Both the position numbers and the translations under genes were made by a program. DNA of 36,456 nt from Octopus bimaculoides. Taxonomy: Eukaryota. The notes below the pieces were generated by a model. It was not told the origin of the DNA, searched no databases, and worked only from the letters and a program-made list of their open reading frames with translations. Position 1 is the first letter of the stretch, and each line of letters opens with the position of its first letter. Below are positions 23,811 to 34,850 of the stretch, piece after piece. The DNA lies in contig NC_068993.1 in the NCBI RefSeq assembly GCF_001194135.2, positions 44,067,844-44,104,299 on the forward strand, in the 5' to 3' direction.

Positions 23811-24090
23811 TGTCAAGAAATAAATGGAAACGAATTTAGAGACTACGTATTCTGTATTGTAACAAAGGTTTACAAGGATTTTCACATAGGGGGCCAAGTC
23901 CCCAATGATAAGTAATCATTTGAGTTGAATTATTCTCCTGTACTTAACTGTTATTTTAATTCATTGAAACTGAGAAATAGGAAATACACCTCGGAGGAAT
24001 TTGAAGTAAACAGACATAACTACATATAGTTTACCATTTACCCGCCACTTAACCGATTCTGCCAATATTGTACACTAATGATAAAAAATA

Positions 24091-24297
24091 TTGGTTTCAA
24101 ATTTTGGCGCAAGGCCAGCTATTTTGGGGGTTGGGGTTTGTCAATTACATCGATCTCAGTGCTCAACTGGTGCTTATTTTATCAACTCCGAAAGGATGAA
24201 AGAGAAAGTCGACCTTGGCGGAATTTGAACTCAGAGTGTCAAGACGGACGAAATACCGCTAAGCCTGATGTGCTGATTCTACCAGGTCGCCGCCTTT
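24091..24297 (-). mobile_element. SINE family A, in DHDH intron 1
   Basis: CCGAAAGGATGAAAG..AAAGTCGACCTTGGCGGAATTTGAACTCAGA...CCAGGTCGCCGCCTT. Confidence 0.8.
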
Positions 24298-25399
24298 AAT
24301 GACAACAAATATCAAATTTCTGTTTCTATCGTTCGCACAGTCTCTCTTTACTTTTAATTGCTTGTTCCTGTGAATTGTTTATGCCTCTTCACGCAAGCTC
24401 CACGAAGAAGGAAATAACGGTGAAAAATAGAAGAGTAAACTAATGAAAAGAAAATTGCTACTATCACAGGTATCGTGAAGAAATAAGTGCTACAATAGAT
24501 TAGAGTATGAGTTCGATGTAATTTGATGACATCACAAACCTTGTTCTTCGTGAAATTGATATAGCATCAGCATCATGGTCATTTCGTAACTAATAAATCA
24601 TGCACACGTCTTCGCAATCGACTAATAGGTTACTAACCTAAACTAGAATAGAAAACGCAATATCTTAGAATCACTATGTCATCTCGTCGTGCAATGATTA
24701 TAAACAGTCACGATAGCTAATTATATCTTCATGAACCAATTCATCTTTCAGGTAAGCCAATTGTTAAAATTTATGGAGCTACTGTTTAGAAATGCTCATC
24801 TTTACAAAGGCTTAATTCAGAAATGAAAGGAGCAATGGACACTTTATAGCCGGCAAGCGTTTTCTGCTTCTTTTGAAAACGCGCTAAGATCATTAATTTC
24901 TGTGAATATATCGCTAAAATAAAAAAAAATAAAAAAAAGTGATTTATTCACCAAATTGTCCGTTGTTTGTTATTTAAAAATATTCTGTGAATATATCAAA
25001 CAGTTTGATGAAATGAACATCGTGGCTGCTTTTTGGTAAACATCGGTATTAACCTCAGTGTCTACCTCCAATAGAACTAATCAATGTCAAACAACAATAG
25101 TCAACAAGAGTTGAAGATTTTCATTGACAACTGAACACATGCCATTAAGACATGGCTGTCACAACTGCAGGCATAACTCCACTTGTATGAAAAATTCAGA
25201 ACGCTCGGTAATCATTATATTTTATAAATTTGAAGTAATGAAGTCAAACCATGCTTCTGACATTAGAGAAGAGAATAAAGTGATCTACAATTCACCCTCG
25301 GAGTGTCCGCTAATATCTTGAGCAGAGTGTCTTCTGTTATCTTTTGAAATTTATGGGATAAGAGAGGGGAGTATCCATGATATTAGCAGACACTCCAAA

Positions 25400-26000
25400 A
25401 CTGATGAGGTTAAAGCAAGGCTGGTTCAGTGATGCAGAGACAGAGGAAAGAGAACACACTATATCAATGACCTAATGCTTATACCAAATTGCTGCCTGGC
25501 TCCTCTGTTGAGCGGGACATATTATGTCTGTGATCTAAAGTAGTTATATATTATATCATTCCCAACTTTCTCTAACAAAAATTCAATAAAGTTTGAAACT
25601 GACGTGAGTTAGACACCCATATCGTATTGTTTGAATTTAGAGCATATCTCCAAAATTTGATTCCCTTAATATATGGTAGAATATATATGTCCATTCAGGC
25701 TACCAAAATACATTAGTATCTATTATTTTGTTACAATGGAACAGCCAAAAACAAATGATCTTGCTATGGTTGTTTAACTTCAGTCAAACTTTATACGTTA
25801 TTTATATAATAACAATGAGTGGCAAAATAAGTATAGCATTAGACATAGTGTTTTCTATCATTTCTGATATCGTTTTATCACGAATTGCAGTCAATATACC
25901 CTCATCCAAAAGGCCTTGCGTCTCAGTTATTATTATAAAACAAAAGTCTAAAGAAATTATTACAGAAACGCCTGGCATTATGAGAAAGTAATGTGAATAA
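25400..26000 (-). mobile_element. Possible highly decayed L1/Tx1-like RT segment
   Basis: Scattered minus-strand motifs across frames: DEGILT..., YKV, SVSNFIEFLLEKVG, VPLNRGARQ (compare DSVSW.FI..VLEK.G and RGVRQG). Many stops and frameshifts. Confidence 0.3.
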
Positions 26001-26444
26001 ATAAAAAGTCGACAGCATCTGTTCGCTATCAACATTGTCTAAACAACACAACGCAATGAATCAATAAATAATGTCGAAATAGAACTTCTGTTTATATTCC
26101 CACAGTTCTTAAAATTCCGATGGATTATCAAATTTGATTACTTGCAGGAAGGCAAAAACAATCATAATTAGAGAAAAGGGTAACGTCATATATATAATGC
26201 AATAATTCAATAACAGAATTAAATATAATATATACGTTACCCCGACTTCAGAGATAATACAATAAACTAATATTCATATGAACTTCACCTCACCTTAGAG
26301 ATAATACGACGAATCAGTGGAGATAAAATAAATTAACGACATATGCAAATAACATCAATATAGATAGATAGATCAGCAGAGATAAGCAGAGAGGCAGACA
26401 AAAGGTCAGGTAGCCAGCCAGCTAGCTAGCTAGCTATACAGAAC

Positions 26445-26469
<25 letters not shown>

Positions 26470-26480
<11 letters not shown>

Positions 26481-26674
26481 GTTGACTGAACACTATTCAA
26501 TTTTTTTTCTCCGTGTTTTTCTCCTTGTCTCCGTATTCTTTCTGTTGAAGAGCGTAGCTCGAAACGTCAAAGACTTTCCGTATTCCCGAGCGTCATACTA
26601 ATATATACTTTTGTTATTTACACCACCTGTCCTCGTCTATTGTTATTATTTGTATATTCTCCCATATATATATA
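26470..26674 (+). mobile_element. Penelope-like terminal-repeat segment carrying a hammerhead-like motif; runs into (TA)n and an N-gap
   Basis: Contains TCTTT-CTGTTGA-A-GAGC-GTA-GCTC-GAAACGTC-AAAGA. TGAAGA...CGAAACGT motifs are typical of Penelope-like element termini. No PLE ORF is adjacent, so the element assignment is inference. Confidence 0.45.
26537..26573 (+). ncRNA. Minimal type I hammerhead ribozyme-like fold with a variant core
   Basis: Stem I is TCTTT/AAAGA. The core is CUGUUGA (canonical CUGANGA) plus one extra A. Stem II is GAGC/GCTC, followed by GAAA, a palindromic ACGT stem III and a GUC site. Activity is not shown. Confidence 0.5.
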
Positions 26675-27319
26675 NNNNNNNNNNNNNNNNNNNNNNNNNN
26701 NNNNNNNNNNNNNNNNNNNNNNNNNNNNNNNNNNNNNNNNNNNNNNNNNNNNNNNNNNNNNNNNNNNNNNNNNNNNNNNNNNNNNNNNNNNNNNNNNNNN
26801 NNNNNNNNNNNNNNNNNNNNNNNNNNNNNNNNNNNNNNNNNNNNNNNNNNNNNNNNNNNNNNNNNNNNNNNNNNNNNNNNNNNNNNNNNNNNNNNNNNNN
26901 NNNNNNNNNNNNNNNNNNNNNNNNNNNNNNNNNNNNNNNNNNNNNNNNNNNNNNNNNNNNNNNNNNNNNNNNNNNNNNNNNNNNNNNNNNNNNNNNNNNN
27001 NNNNNNNNNNNNNNNNNNNNNNNNNNNNNNNNNNNNNNNNNNNNNNNNNNNNNNNNNNNNNNNNNNNNNNNNNNNNNNNNNNNNNNNNNNNNNNNNNNNN
27101 NNNNNNNNNNNNNNNNNNNNNNNNNNNNNNNNNNNNNNNNNNNNNNNNNNNNNNNNNNNNNNNNNNNNNNNNNNNNNNNNNNNNNNNNNNNNNNNNNNNN
27201 NNNNNNNNNNNNNNNNNNNNNNNNNNNNNNNNNNNNNNNNNNNNNNNNNNNNNNNNNACATATAAATACACGCACAAGCGTGCGCACACACGCACACACG
27301 CGCACACGCGCGCGCGCAC

Positions 27320-27350
<31 letters not shown>

Positions 27351-27364
27351 AACTCACATAAATA

Positions 27365-27535
27365 CACACACATACGACAGGCTTCTTCCAGTCTACCAAA
27401 TCCACTTACAAGGCTTCGGTCGGCCCGAGGCTATAGCAGAAGACACTTGCGCAAGATGCCAATGCAGTGGCACTGAAACCGGAACCATGTGGTTCAGAAG
27501 CAAGCTTCTTACCACACAGCCATGTCTGCGCCTTG
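27365..27535 (-). mobile_element. SINE family C head, well preserved
   Basis: TCTACCAAATCCACTTACAAGGCTTCGGTCGGCCCGAGGCTATAGCAGAAGACACTTGC...GAAACCGGAACCATGTGGTT...AAGCTTCTTACCACACAGCCATG. Further family C fragments occur at 8071-8093 (+) and about 30960-31090 (-). Confidence 0.75.
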
Positions 27536-27566
27536 GATAGATAGATAGATAGATAAATAGATAGAC

Positions 27567-27602
<36 letters not shown>

Positions 27603-27862
27603 GGATAGATAGATAGATAGATAGATATATAGATAGAGAGAGAGAGAGAGATAGGGAGACAGACGGATAGAGACAGGCAGGCAGATAGACGGACAGAGAC
27701 AGGAAGACAACGGACAGAGACAGGTGGACAGATAAATGAGAGGTAAATGGATAGATAAATAAGTCGATAGGTGAAAAAAGACAGAAAGATTGACCGGCAG
27801 ACAAACAGACAGACAAAGTGCTAGATAAAGAGATAGATTGATAGATAGATAGACACATACAC

Positions 27863-27899
<37 letters not shown>

Positions 27900-27900
27900 C
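27535..27900. repeat. (GATA)n/(GACA)n compound tetranucleotide tract
   Basis: Directly visible; it abuts the 3' end of the Tx1-like copy 2. Confidence 0.95.
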
Positions 27901-28620
27901 ATTTCTTTTATTAGCCACACAGGGCTCAACGAAGATGGGACAAATACAATGTAGAGCTTTTCTTTTTGGGAGGGGGAAGGAAAAAAAAGAAGGGGGTGGG
28001 GTCGATCAAAAGGGATCGTNNNNNNNNNNNNNNNNNNNNNNNNNNNNNNNNNNNNNNNNNNNNNNNNNNNNNNNNNNNNNNNNNNNNNNNNNNNNNNNNN
28101 NNNNNNNNNNNNNNNNNNNNNNNNNNNNNNNNNNNNNNNNNNNNNNNNNNNNNNNNNNNNNNNNNNNNNNNNNNNNNNNNNNNNNNNNNNNNNNNNNNNN
28201 NNNNNNNNNNNNNNNNNNNNNNNNNNNNNNNNNNNNNNNNNNTCTCGTGTAAAAGGAGGGGAGGACAGTTTAGGTTTGGCCGTGGAAAGAAAAGCCTACG
28301 GAAAAGACCACGGTAACCTTGGTCAATATTCTCATTGAAGAAACTATAACAGTAAGTGACTCTCTTTTGCCTTTTTGTTTTCTTTTTTTTTTCTAGGGTT
28401 ATGCTCAAGATGGCTCCGTCGTTCACACGTGCCATCCTTGCTACATTCACCCATCTTTTTTTGAAGCATTCACTAGACAAGACTTCCCTTTCTACTCTCA
28501 CCTTCCTCTTCAGGTGATACTTGAAGAAGTTGATGAGAGATTGCCCAGAGAGGAAAGTCTTTGTCTCTAGACCTTTCAGACGCGTCCACCATACATTCTT
28601 TCGCCATAAGATAACCCAAC
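27901..28620 (-). mobile_element. Tx1/L1-like LINE 3' end, copy 2, with 3' UTR and AATAAA terminus (spans N-gap 28020-28242)
   Basis: Minus-strand frame VWWTRLKGLETKTFLSGQSLINFFKYHLKRKVRVEREVLSSECFKKRWVNVARMARVNDGAILSITL. Beyond the gap the UTR ends CATTGTATTTGTCCCATCTTCGTTGAGCCCTGTGTGGCTAATAAAAGAAAT and abuts (TATC)n. Confidence 0.65.
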
Positions 28621-28689
28621 AGACAGATTAGTGACAACTATGGATATATTGGATACCGTAAGAAAAATAACAGATGAACTAACAATGGT

Positions 28690-29040
28690 AGCCGTACACC
28701 TCGTGGTACTCCGTCGGATGCGACGACGAGGGCTCCAGTTGATCCGTGAAATTAACGTGCAAGTGGCTGAGCACTCCACAGACGACACGTGTACCCTTAA
28801 TGTAATTCTCAGGGAGATTCAACGTGACACAGAGTGTGACAAGACTGGCCCTTTGAAATACAACAGAAACAGGAAGAGTGAGAGAAAGTTGTGGTGAAAG
28901 AGTACAGCAGGGTTCGCCGCCACCCGCTACCGGAGCCTGGTGGAGCTTTAGGTGTTTTCGCTCAATAAACACTCACAACACCCGGTCTGGGAATCGAAAC
29001 CGTGAGCCCGTTGCCCTAACCACTGGGCCATTGCACCTCC
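28690..29040 (-). mobile_element. tRNA-derived SINE family B
   Basis: Minus-strand head GGAGGTGCAATGGCCCAGTGGTTAGGGC (A box) ... GGTTTCGATTCCC (B box). The body is homologous to 35330-35690. Confidence 0.8.
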
Positions 29041-29449
29041 ACAGCCGTACACCTAAATCTACAACAGCTTATCTATTGATTGATAACACCATAAATTCAA
29101 TTCAGTTCAGTTGCCAAATGAATAAAAATGAAAAAGAAAGAAGTTAAATATTTGCATGCGCTCACAAACTTATGTGTACTTATACCATCCTACTGATGAT
29201 CACTTCTACCGCTACATAGGACATATGCAAACACAGCTCTGAACACATACATACATACATACATACATACATACACAGCTTTATAAATTCGCCATTATTA
29301 TACAATGTTTATCATTTCCTCATCTTCTCACTCCCCACAAAAAGAAAACAGTTGCAGGAAAAGATTACAGATGTGTAACGAAAGTCTTTGACAGATCAAT
29401 CAATGAAGACATGAAATAAAACTAGTGGGGAAGTTTTTATAGACGAAAC

Positions 29450-29512
<63 letters not shown>

Positions 29513-29684
29513 ACAGCAGCAGCAACAGTAGTAGTAGTGGCAGTCATAGTTGTTGTAGGACTGTAAGCAGATCTTGTGTAATTTTCACAACTCAAAGTAA
29601 AGGCCACGACCAACTAAAATATTTTGGGGCAGGAGTGGTGCTGGGGATGTATTTTTTTTTCACCAACTCAATTTTTAGCGCCGC

Positions 29685-30060
29685 CCTTATAATCCTAGCA
29701 GTTCTTAATAATTCGATTTGATTTTCTATATTAGTTTAGTTCTAATTTCAATTCCAGTTCATTCCATTCATGATTACATTCCTATTTTGTTCATCATTGT
29801 ATCAAGAACGTCCACTGCCAATGACGCAATTTCAGCTTTTTCTTATGTTCCACATCCTTTCAACAGTACATTCGGGTTTTGGCATTTCTCAATCGTTTCC
29901 TGTTCTTTCTCATGTATTCTGTTGTCACTAGGAGATATTACGTCGGCTTTTGTGCTCTGCATTTTTTTTTTTATACGATAACAATGTCTGGTCTTCCTGT
30001 CTCAATCATATGAACACACTGAGAACTGCAATTCCACAACTTAGCATCTTCATTTTCACC
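29685..30060 (-). mobile_element. R4/Dong-like restriction-like endonuclease (RLE) domain fragment
   Basis: The minus strand gives ENEDAKLW...HMIETGRPDIVIV*KK...DVISPSDNRIHEKEQETIEK...TGIEIRTKLI...LLRTARII. This matches the RPD..D..EK.EK RLE motif and the LGTARI C-terminus. Confidence 0.8.
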
Positions 30061-30367
30061 TACTGAATTTCGATTAATGTTTGTACTACCTGTCAACTCT
30101 CACTAACATATACTATTATACATATATTATATTATATTATATTATATTATACTATTATAATATAATTATTATATTATATTTTATTATACTATTACATTCT
30201 TTTCATCATTTACTATGAACTAGTGTACAATATTGTATCTTCGTTTATATTCTCTTTGTACAAGTTTACTACATTCAAATATGAGGATGGTGATATCACA
30301 AAGTCTATAAAGGGGTGAGACTCCGTTCTTATTGACGGAATATTTCATAGACATAATGTCTTGTAGT

Positions 30368-30455
<88 letters not shown>

Positions 30456-30546
30456 CATCAACAAAGTATCGACAATTTTATTTACCATAAAAAGACCAAA
30501 ACTTAATTGCCTATTTCAAAATTATTTTACTTTTTTTTTCATCTAG

Positions 30547-30658
30547 ATAATTGCAGTAGTGTCCAAGTCCTTAGAGAAATCTAAGAAATTTGCAGAGGAA
30601 TTTGAAATACCAAATGTGTACGACAGCTATGAAGAATTTGCCAAAAATCCCAACATAG
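30547..30658 (+). CDS. DHDH: DHDH-like, second coding exon (112 nt)
   Basis: A T-rich tract and CTAG acceptor (AG 30545-30546) precede IIAVVSKSLEKSKKFAEEFEIPNVYDSYEEFAKNPNI plus 1 nt, then a G|GTATGA donor. It is in frame with exon 1 and matches the DHDH segment [35 protein letters not shown]. It is absent from the ORF track because it lacks its own ATG. Exon 3 (expected ..YIG..H..LCEKP) was not found in the window. Confidence 0.9.
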
Positions 30659-31251
30659 GTATGAAATAATTTTAGTCTAAATTTTATTGTAAATCTTTTT
30701 TTTTTTCTACTCCATTTACTTGTTTCTCTCATTGAACTGGGGCTATGCTGGAACACCACTTTGAAGATTTTAAACGAACAAATTGACCTTATAACTCTAG
30801 TACTTATAAGTCTGATATTTTTCTTGCCGGTCACTTTTGCCGAACCACTAAGTGTCATAGACAAAAACAAATCAAAACCGGAGTGATGAATAATTGTTTT
30901 ATTTAATGTTAATGATCACAAACACAACACACACACGCACGCACACACACACACGCACACACACTTATCTATATATGTATACGAAGGGCTTTCACACAAT
31001 TTCCGTCTACCAAATTCGATCAGAAGGCATTAGTCTAACCGGGGCTATAATAGATGACATTCGCCCGGAGCAAAACCCTAAACCACAAGACTTTATCTTA
31101 TAAACTTTTAAATATTTTAATTCATATTTAATTTATTTGAATTTGTAGAAAAGGCAGAAATGTGACAACTTCTATTTCCATTACAGACACAACAATGAAG
31201 AATTAGCTACGCGTCTGTAAATACTACTCAATACCTCGATTGTTTCTCCTA

Positions 31252-31681
31252 ATATTCCTTTCTACTCTAGGCACAAGGCCGAAATTTTTTGGGAGCGGCC
31301 AGTCATTAGATGGACCCCAGTACGCAACTGGTATTTAATTTATCGACTCCGAAAGGATGAAAGTCAAAGTCAACTTCGGCGGAATTTGAACTCAGAACGT
31401 AAAGACATACGAAATATCGCTAAGCATTTCGCCCGGCGTGCTAACGTTTCTTATTTCTTTATTGCCCACAAGGGGCTAAACATAGAGGGGACAAAGAAGG
31501 ACAGACAAAGGGATTAAGTCGATTACATCGACCCCAGTGCGTAACTGGTACTTAATTTATCGACCCCGAAAGGATGAAAGTCAAAGTCAACTTCGGCGGA
31601 ATTTGAACTCAGAACGTAAAGACAGACGAAATATCGCTGAGCATTTCGCCCGGCGTGCTAACGTTTTTGCCAGGTCGCCGA
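31252..31681 (-). mobile_element. Tandem or dimeric SINE family A (two bodies, two different tails)
   Basis: Units about 31252-31450 and 31451-31681, with bodies differing at 6 of about 136 nt and unrelated 3' tails. Confidence 0.85.
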
Positions 31682-32615
31682 CTTGGTTTCTCCAAATATT
31701 GTCGTTACAACATTGTTGTTGATTTGCTGTCTAATTATTGGTTTCTAACATTGTACGGCTGATTTACACGTTTTTATTTTGTTGACTTTAAGCATGACTT
31801 GAATAAAATCTATTGAGAGACGAAAGTAAATAATGTTTGAACATTTAGTCAAGAATATAATTGTTTACTTATATAAATTCTAAATTATATACTGTCACAT
31901 TTTGGAGATTGTCCAACAACTTAGTGGAATCTGTCATGTGTGCGTGCGTGTGTGCGTGTGTGTGTGTGTGCGCGCGCGCTTGCGTGTGTGTGTGCGCGCG
32001 CTTGCGTGTGTGCATGTGTATGCACGTGTGTGTGTGTATTAAATATATATACAAATAGATACAAAGTATAAGAGAAATTACCCATAACAGGTAACTTCTG
32101 CACGCTAGAAGACAGTCAAAGACGACCAAAAAGCACAAAGTAAAACATTTCAAAGGGAAGAAAAAATAAAAACTTTTACCTTATTTTTAACGGTTAGACC
32201 TATAGGTTTCAGATTTTTTAGTAAATAAAGTAATTTACTAGGCAAATCCTCTTCAGTAACCAGCCGTCAAGGAATTAACGTATATCTACAAGACAGAAGG
32301 CAAAAAGTACATGTCTTCTAAAATATACATTCTAATTCTTTCAAAATGCACTGCGCAGACGCAGTTTCAGTCGGCAGAAAATGAAGAAATGCCGAAATAC
32401 ATACATAATATACATATATATATAGTGGTAAATACATGTGTGCGTGTGTATATNNNNNNNNNNNNNNNNNNNNNNNNNNNNNNNNNNNNNNNNNNNNNNN
32501 NNNNNNNNNNNNNNNNNNNNNNNNNNNNNNNNNNNNNNNNNNNNNNNNNNNNNNNNNNNNNNNNNNNNNNNNNNNNNNNNNNNNNNNNNNNNNNNNNNNN
32601 NNNNNNNNNNNNNNN

Positions 32616-32654
<39 letters not shown>

Positions 32655-32769
32655 TTTCAATATGTGACCGCGTGTGCATTTCTCCTGTTAACACTTGATA
32701 TCTTGTGCCACCCTCTGCGACTTCAATCTAGATTCTAACGCCATCGTATGTAACACCTTCACTCTGAAG

Positions 32770-33090
32770 TATACGATGAAAATCCTTTGCTTCTGATCTA
32801 TCAAAATCGTACAGAAAGTTTTTAGTAAGTACTAGCTTAAGTGACAGTCTTGAGTGCCTTCCAGGAAGCTGCTAAATCGAATATTGCAGATTTGAGGTTG
32901 TCATTGACGTTACTATAAGTTCTTTCTTTTTGTGTGTCATCCTTAAGATTGTCCTCTTCTATCATCATGAGAATTTCATCCAAATGTTTTCTTCATGGAT
33001 AAAATCTCTCGCAGGATAGACACATTTTCATCTATGGACGGGATCGTGATGGCTACACTGAGTGACAAGGGCATGCACTTTATTCTAACA
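32770..33090 (-). mobile_element. Degenerate pogo/Tigger-like DDE transposase fragment
   Basis: The minus strand gives ..PSIDENVSIL(frameshift)RFYP*RKHLDEILMMIEE...NLKSAIFDLAASWKALKTVT*AST. This resembles the QP(M)DQ.VI...Y.RK.L...AI...A.SW segment of Tigger/pogo transposases. Confidence 0.55.
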
Positions 33091-33847
33091 GCGTTACTGA
33101 TAAGTTGGTAATTACCTGTGTCGTCAGGTTGTTAGATTCACGTCGGTAATAAGTTCGAGCATATCTTCAAGATATTTGTTTTAATGAAATGCGAGAAAAT
33201 CAACGAACTTGATAGCGATATATTAGACAGTGATGGCAGTGACGGAGGTGAGAGTGGACGTGCTGGTGTTGGTAGGGTGAAGGCAATGGTGTGAAGGTTG
33301 GTGGAGGTAAAGGAAGTGTTTCGAGTGAGAGTAATCGTGGTGGTGGTGGTGGAGGGTTTGCTGATAAAGTTACACCCGACGACAGAACTATTTTAAGCAC
33401 GTGAACGGACACACTCACGCACACACATTCATACAGTCGCATATAAATACATGTGCGCACACACGAATGCACCCCCCACACACACAGATATAGCGAAATT
33501 TTGTTACAGACGCAAGGGTGGCGGTATGTAAAAGTAAAATCAGAGAAATAAAGCGAGATAAAATTGATGAATAAAATGAAAAATGGATTAAAAGTAGATA
33601 AACTAGATGAATAAGAATATAGAAAAAACACTAATGAGTGGAAGAAGGTGTACGCATGAGGTCAAAATGTACAAACATACATATACAGATAAACACACAC
33701 ATAAATATATATACAGATATGTATATATATTTACATAAACACACACATGAAGATGAAAATACACACGCGATCTCTCACACACACATATAAACGCAGATCT
33801 GGTGGAACAAACAGAAAAGGAAAAATAGAAATCAATACGTGAGTATA

Positions 33848-34189
33848 CGAGGAGGTACCCAAAAGTAACCGGAAACGTTCTCTGTGGGACAAGCCCGTTG
33901 TAGTTCAGGCTTCCGCCGCTAGAAGCCACATGAGGCGACCCTCAAGCAACAGTCTTCCGACCGGCGTCGACCTGTGGGTTCGTACTGCCACGTAGTGCGT
34001 CTTTGTTTTTCAGTTCTTCTCCCTTGTTCGTCGATTTTTGCGATGGCTGAAACGAAGGAACAGCGTGCTTCCGTGAAATTCTGTTTTCTGTTGGGGAAAA
34101 CAGCAGCCGAAAAGGTTGTTATGCTTCAAACAGCTTACAAGGATGCTGCCATGAGCAAGACACAAGTTTAAGAGTGGTTTCCACGCTTT
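33848..34189 (+). mobile_element. Mariner 5' end (TIR, UTR and N-terminal HTH), truncated
   Basis: TA at 33846-33847 is followed by a TIR-like CGAGGAGGTACCCAAAAGTAACCGG. ATG 34043 opens MAETKEQRASVKFCFLLGKTAAEKVVMLQTAYKDAAMSKTQV*EWFPRF, a mariner HTH N-terminus. The region is relatively CpG-rich. Confidence 0.85.
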
Positions 34190-34229
34190 TGGAGTTAGAA
34201 TTTAATAAAAGTGGCGAGATATCTGAATC

Positions 34230-34424
34230 GCTTACGTATCGTAAAAAATGTCTTGCGACATCTGTTCCAGCATCTTGCGTTCTGAGTTCAAATCCTGCAG
34301 ACGTCAATTTCGCCTTTCATACTTTCGAGATTGATAAGACTGTCCAAATATTTGATTCGATGGTATCGATTACCTTCTCTCAACCTTGAAAATTTCTGGT
34401 ATTATCATTATTATTATTATTATT

Positions 34425-34488
<64 letters not shown>

Positions 34489-34548
34489 ATATTAAACCCT
34501 CCCCCAAGATTGGTGCCCTTGTAACAGAATTTGAAACTATTATTAATA

Positions 34549-34613
<65 letters not shown>

Positions 34614-34850
34614 GCTAAGGCGGCGAGCTGGCAGAGTCGTTAGCACGCCGGGGAAAATGCTTAGCAGCAATTCGTCTTTACTCTCTTAGTTCAAATTCCG
34701 CTGAGTTCGATAAAATAAGTACCAGTAGAGCACTGGAGTAGATGTAATCTACTAGCCCCCTTCCCCAAAATTTTGGCGGAAGTAGGACTTACGCACCTTC
34801 TTCCAAATTACTGGCCATGTACCAAACTTTGAAGCCATTATTATTATTAT
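34230..34850 (+). mobile_element. SINE family A fragments interleaved with (ATT)n/(CAT)n; best copy 34618-34770
   Basis: AAGGCGGCGAGCTGGCAGAGTCGTTAGCACGCCGGGG head at 34618. GTTCTGAGTTCAAATCC body near 34280. Tail remnants near 34495-34545 and 34800-34850. Confidence 0.7.

Noticed and set aside
25728-26035. Overlapping 87-aa (+) and 77-aa (-) ORFs as host genes
   Set aside because: No recognisable domain. They are better explained, weakly, as decayed LINE sequence.
31252-31681. CRISPR-like or LTR-like direct repeats
   Set aside because: These are SINE bodies. There is no regular repeat-spacer array, no cas genes and no TG..CA LTR ends, and the context is eukaryotic.
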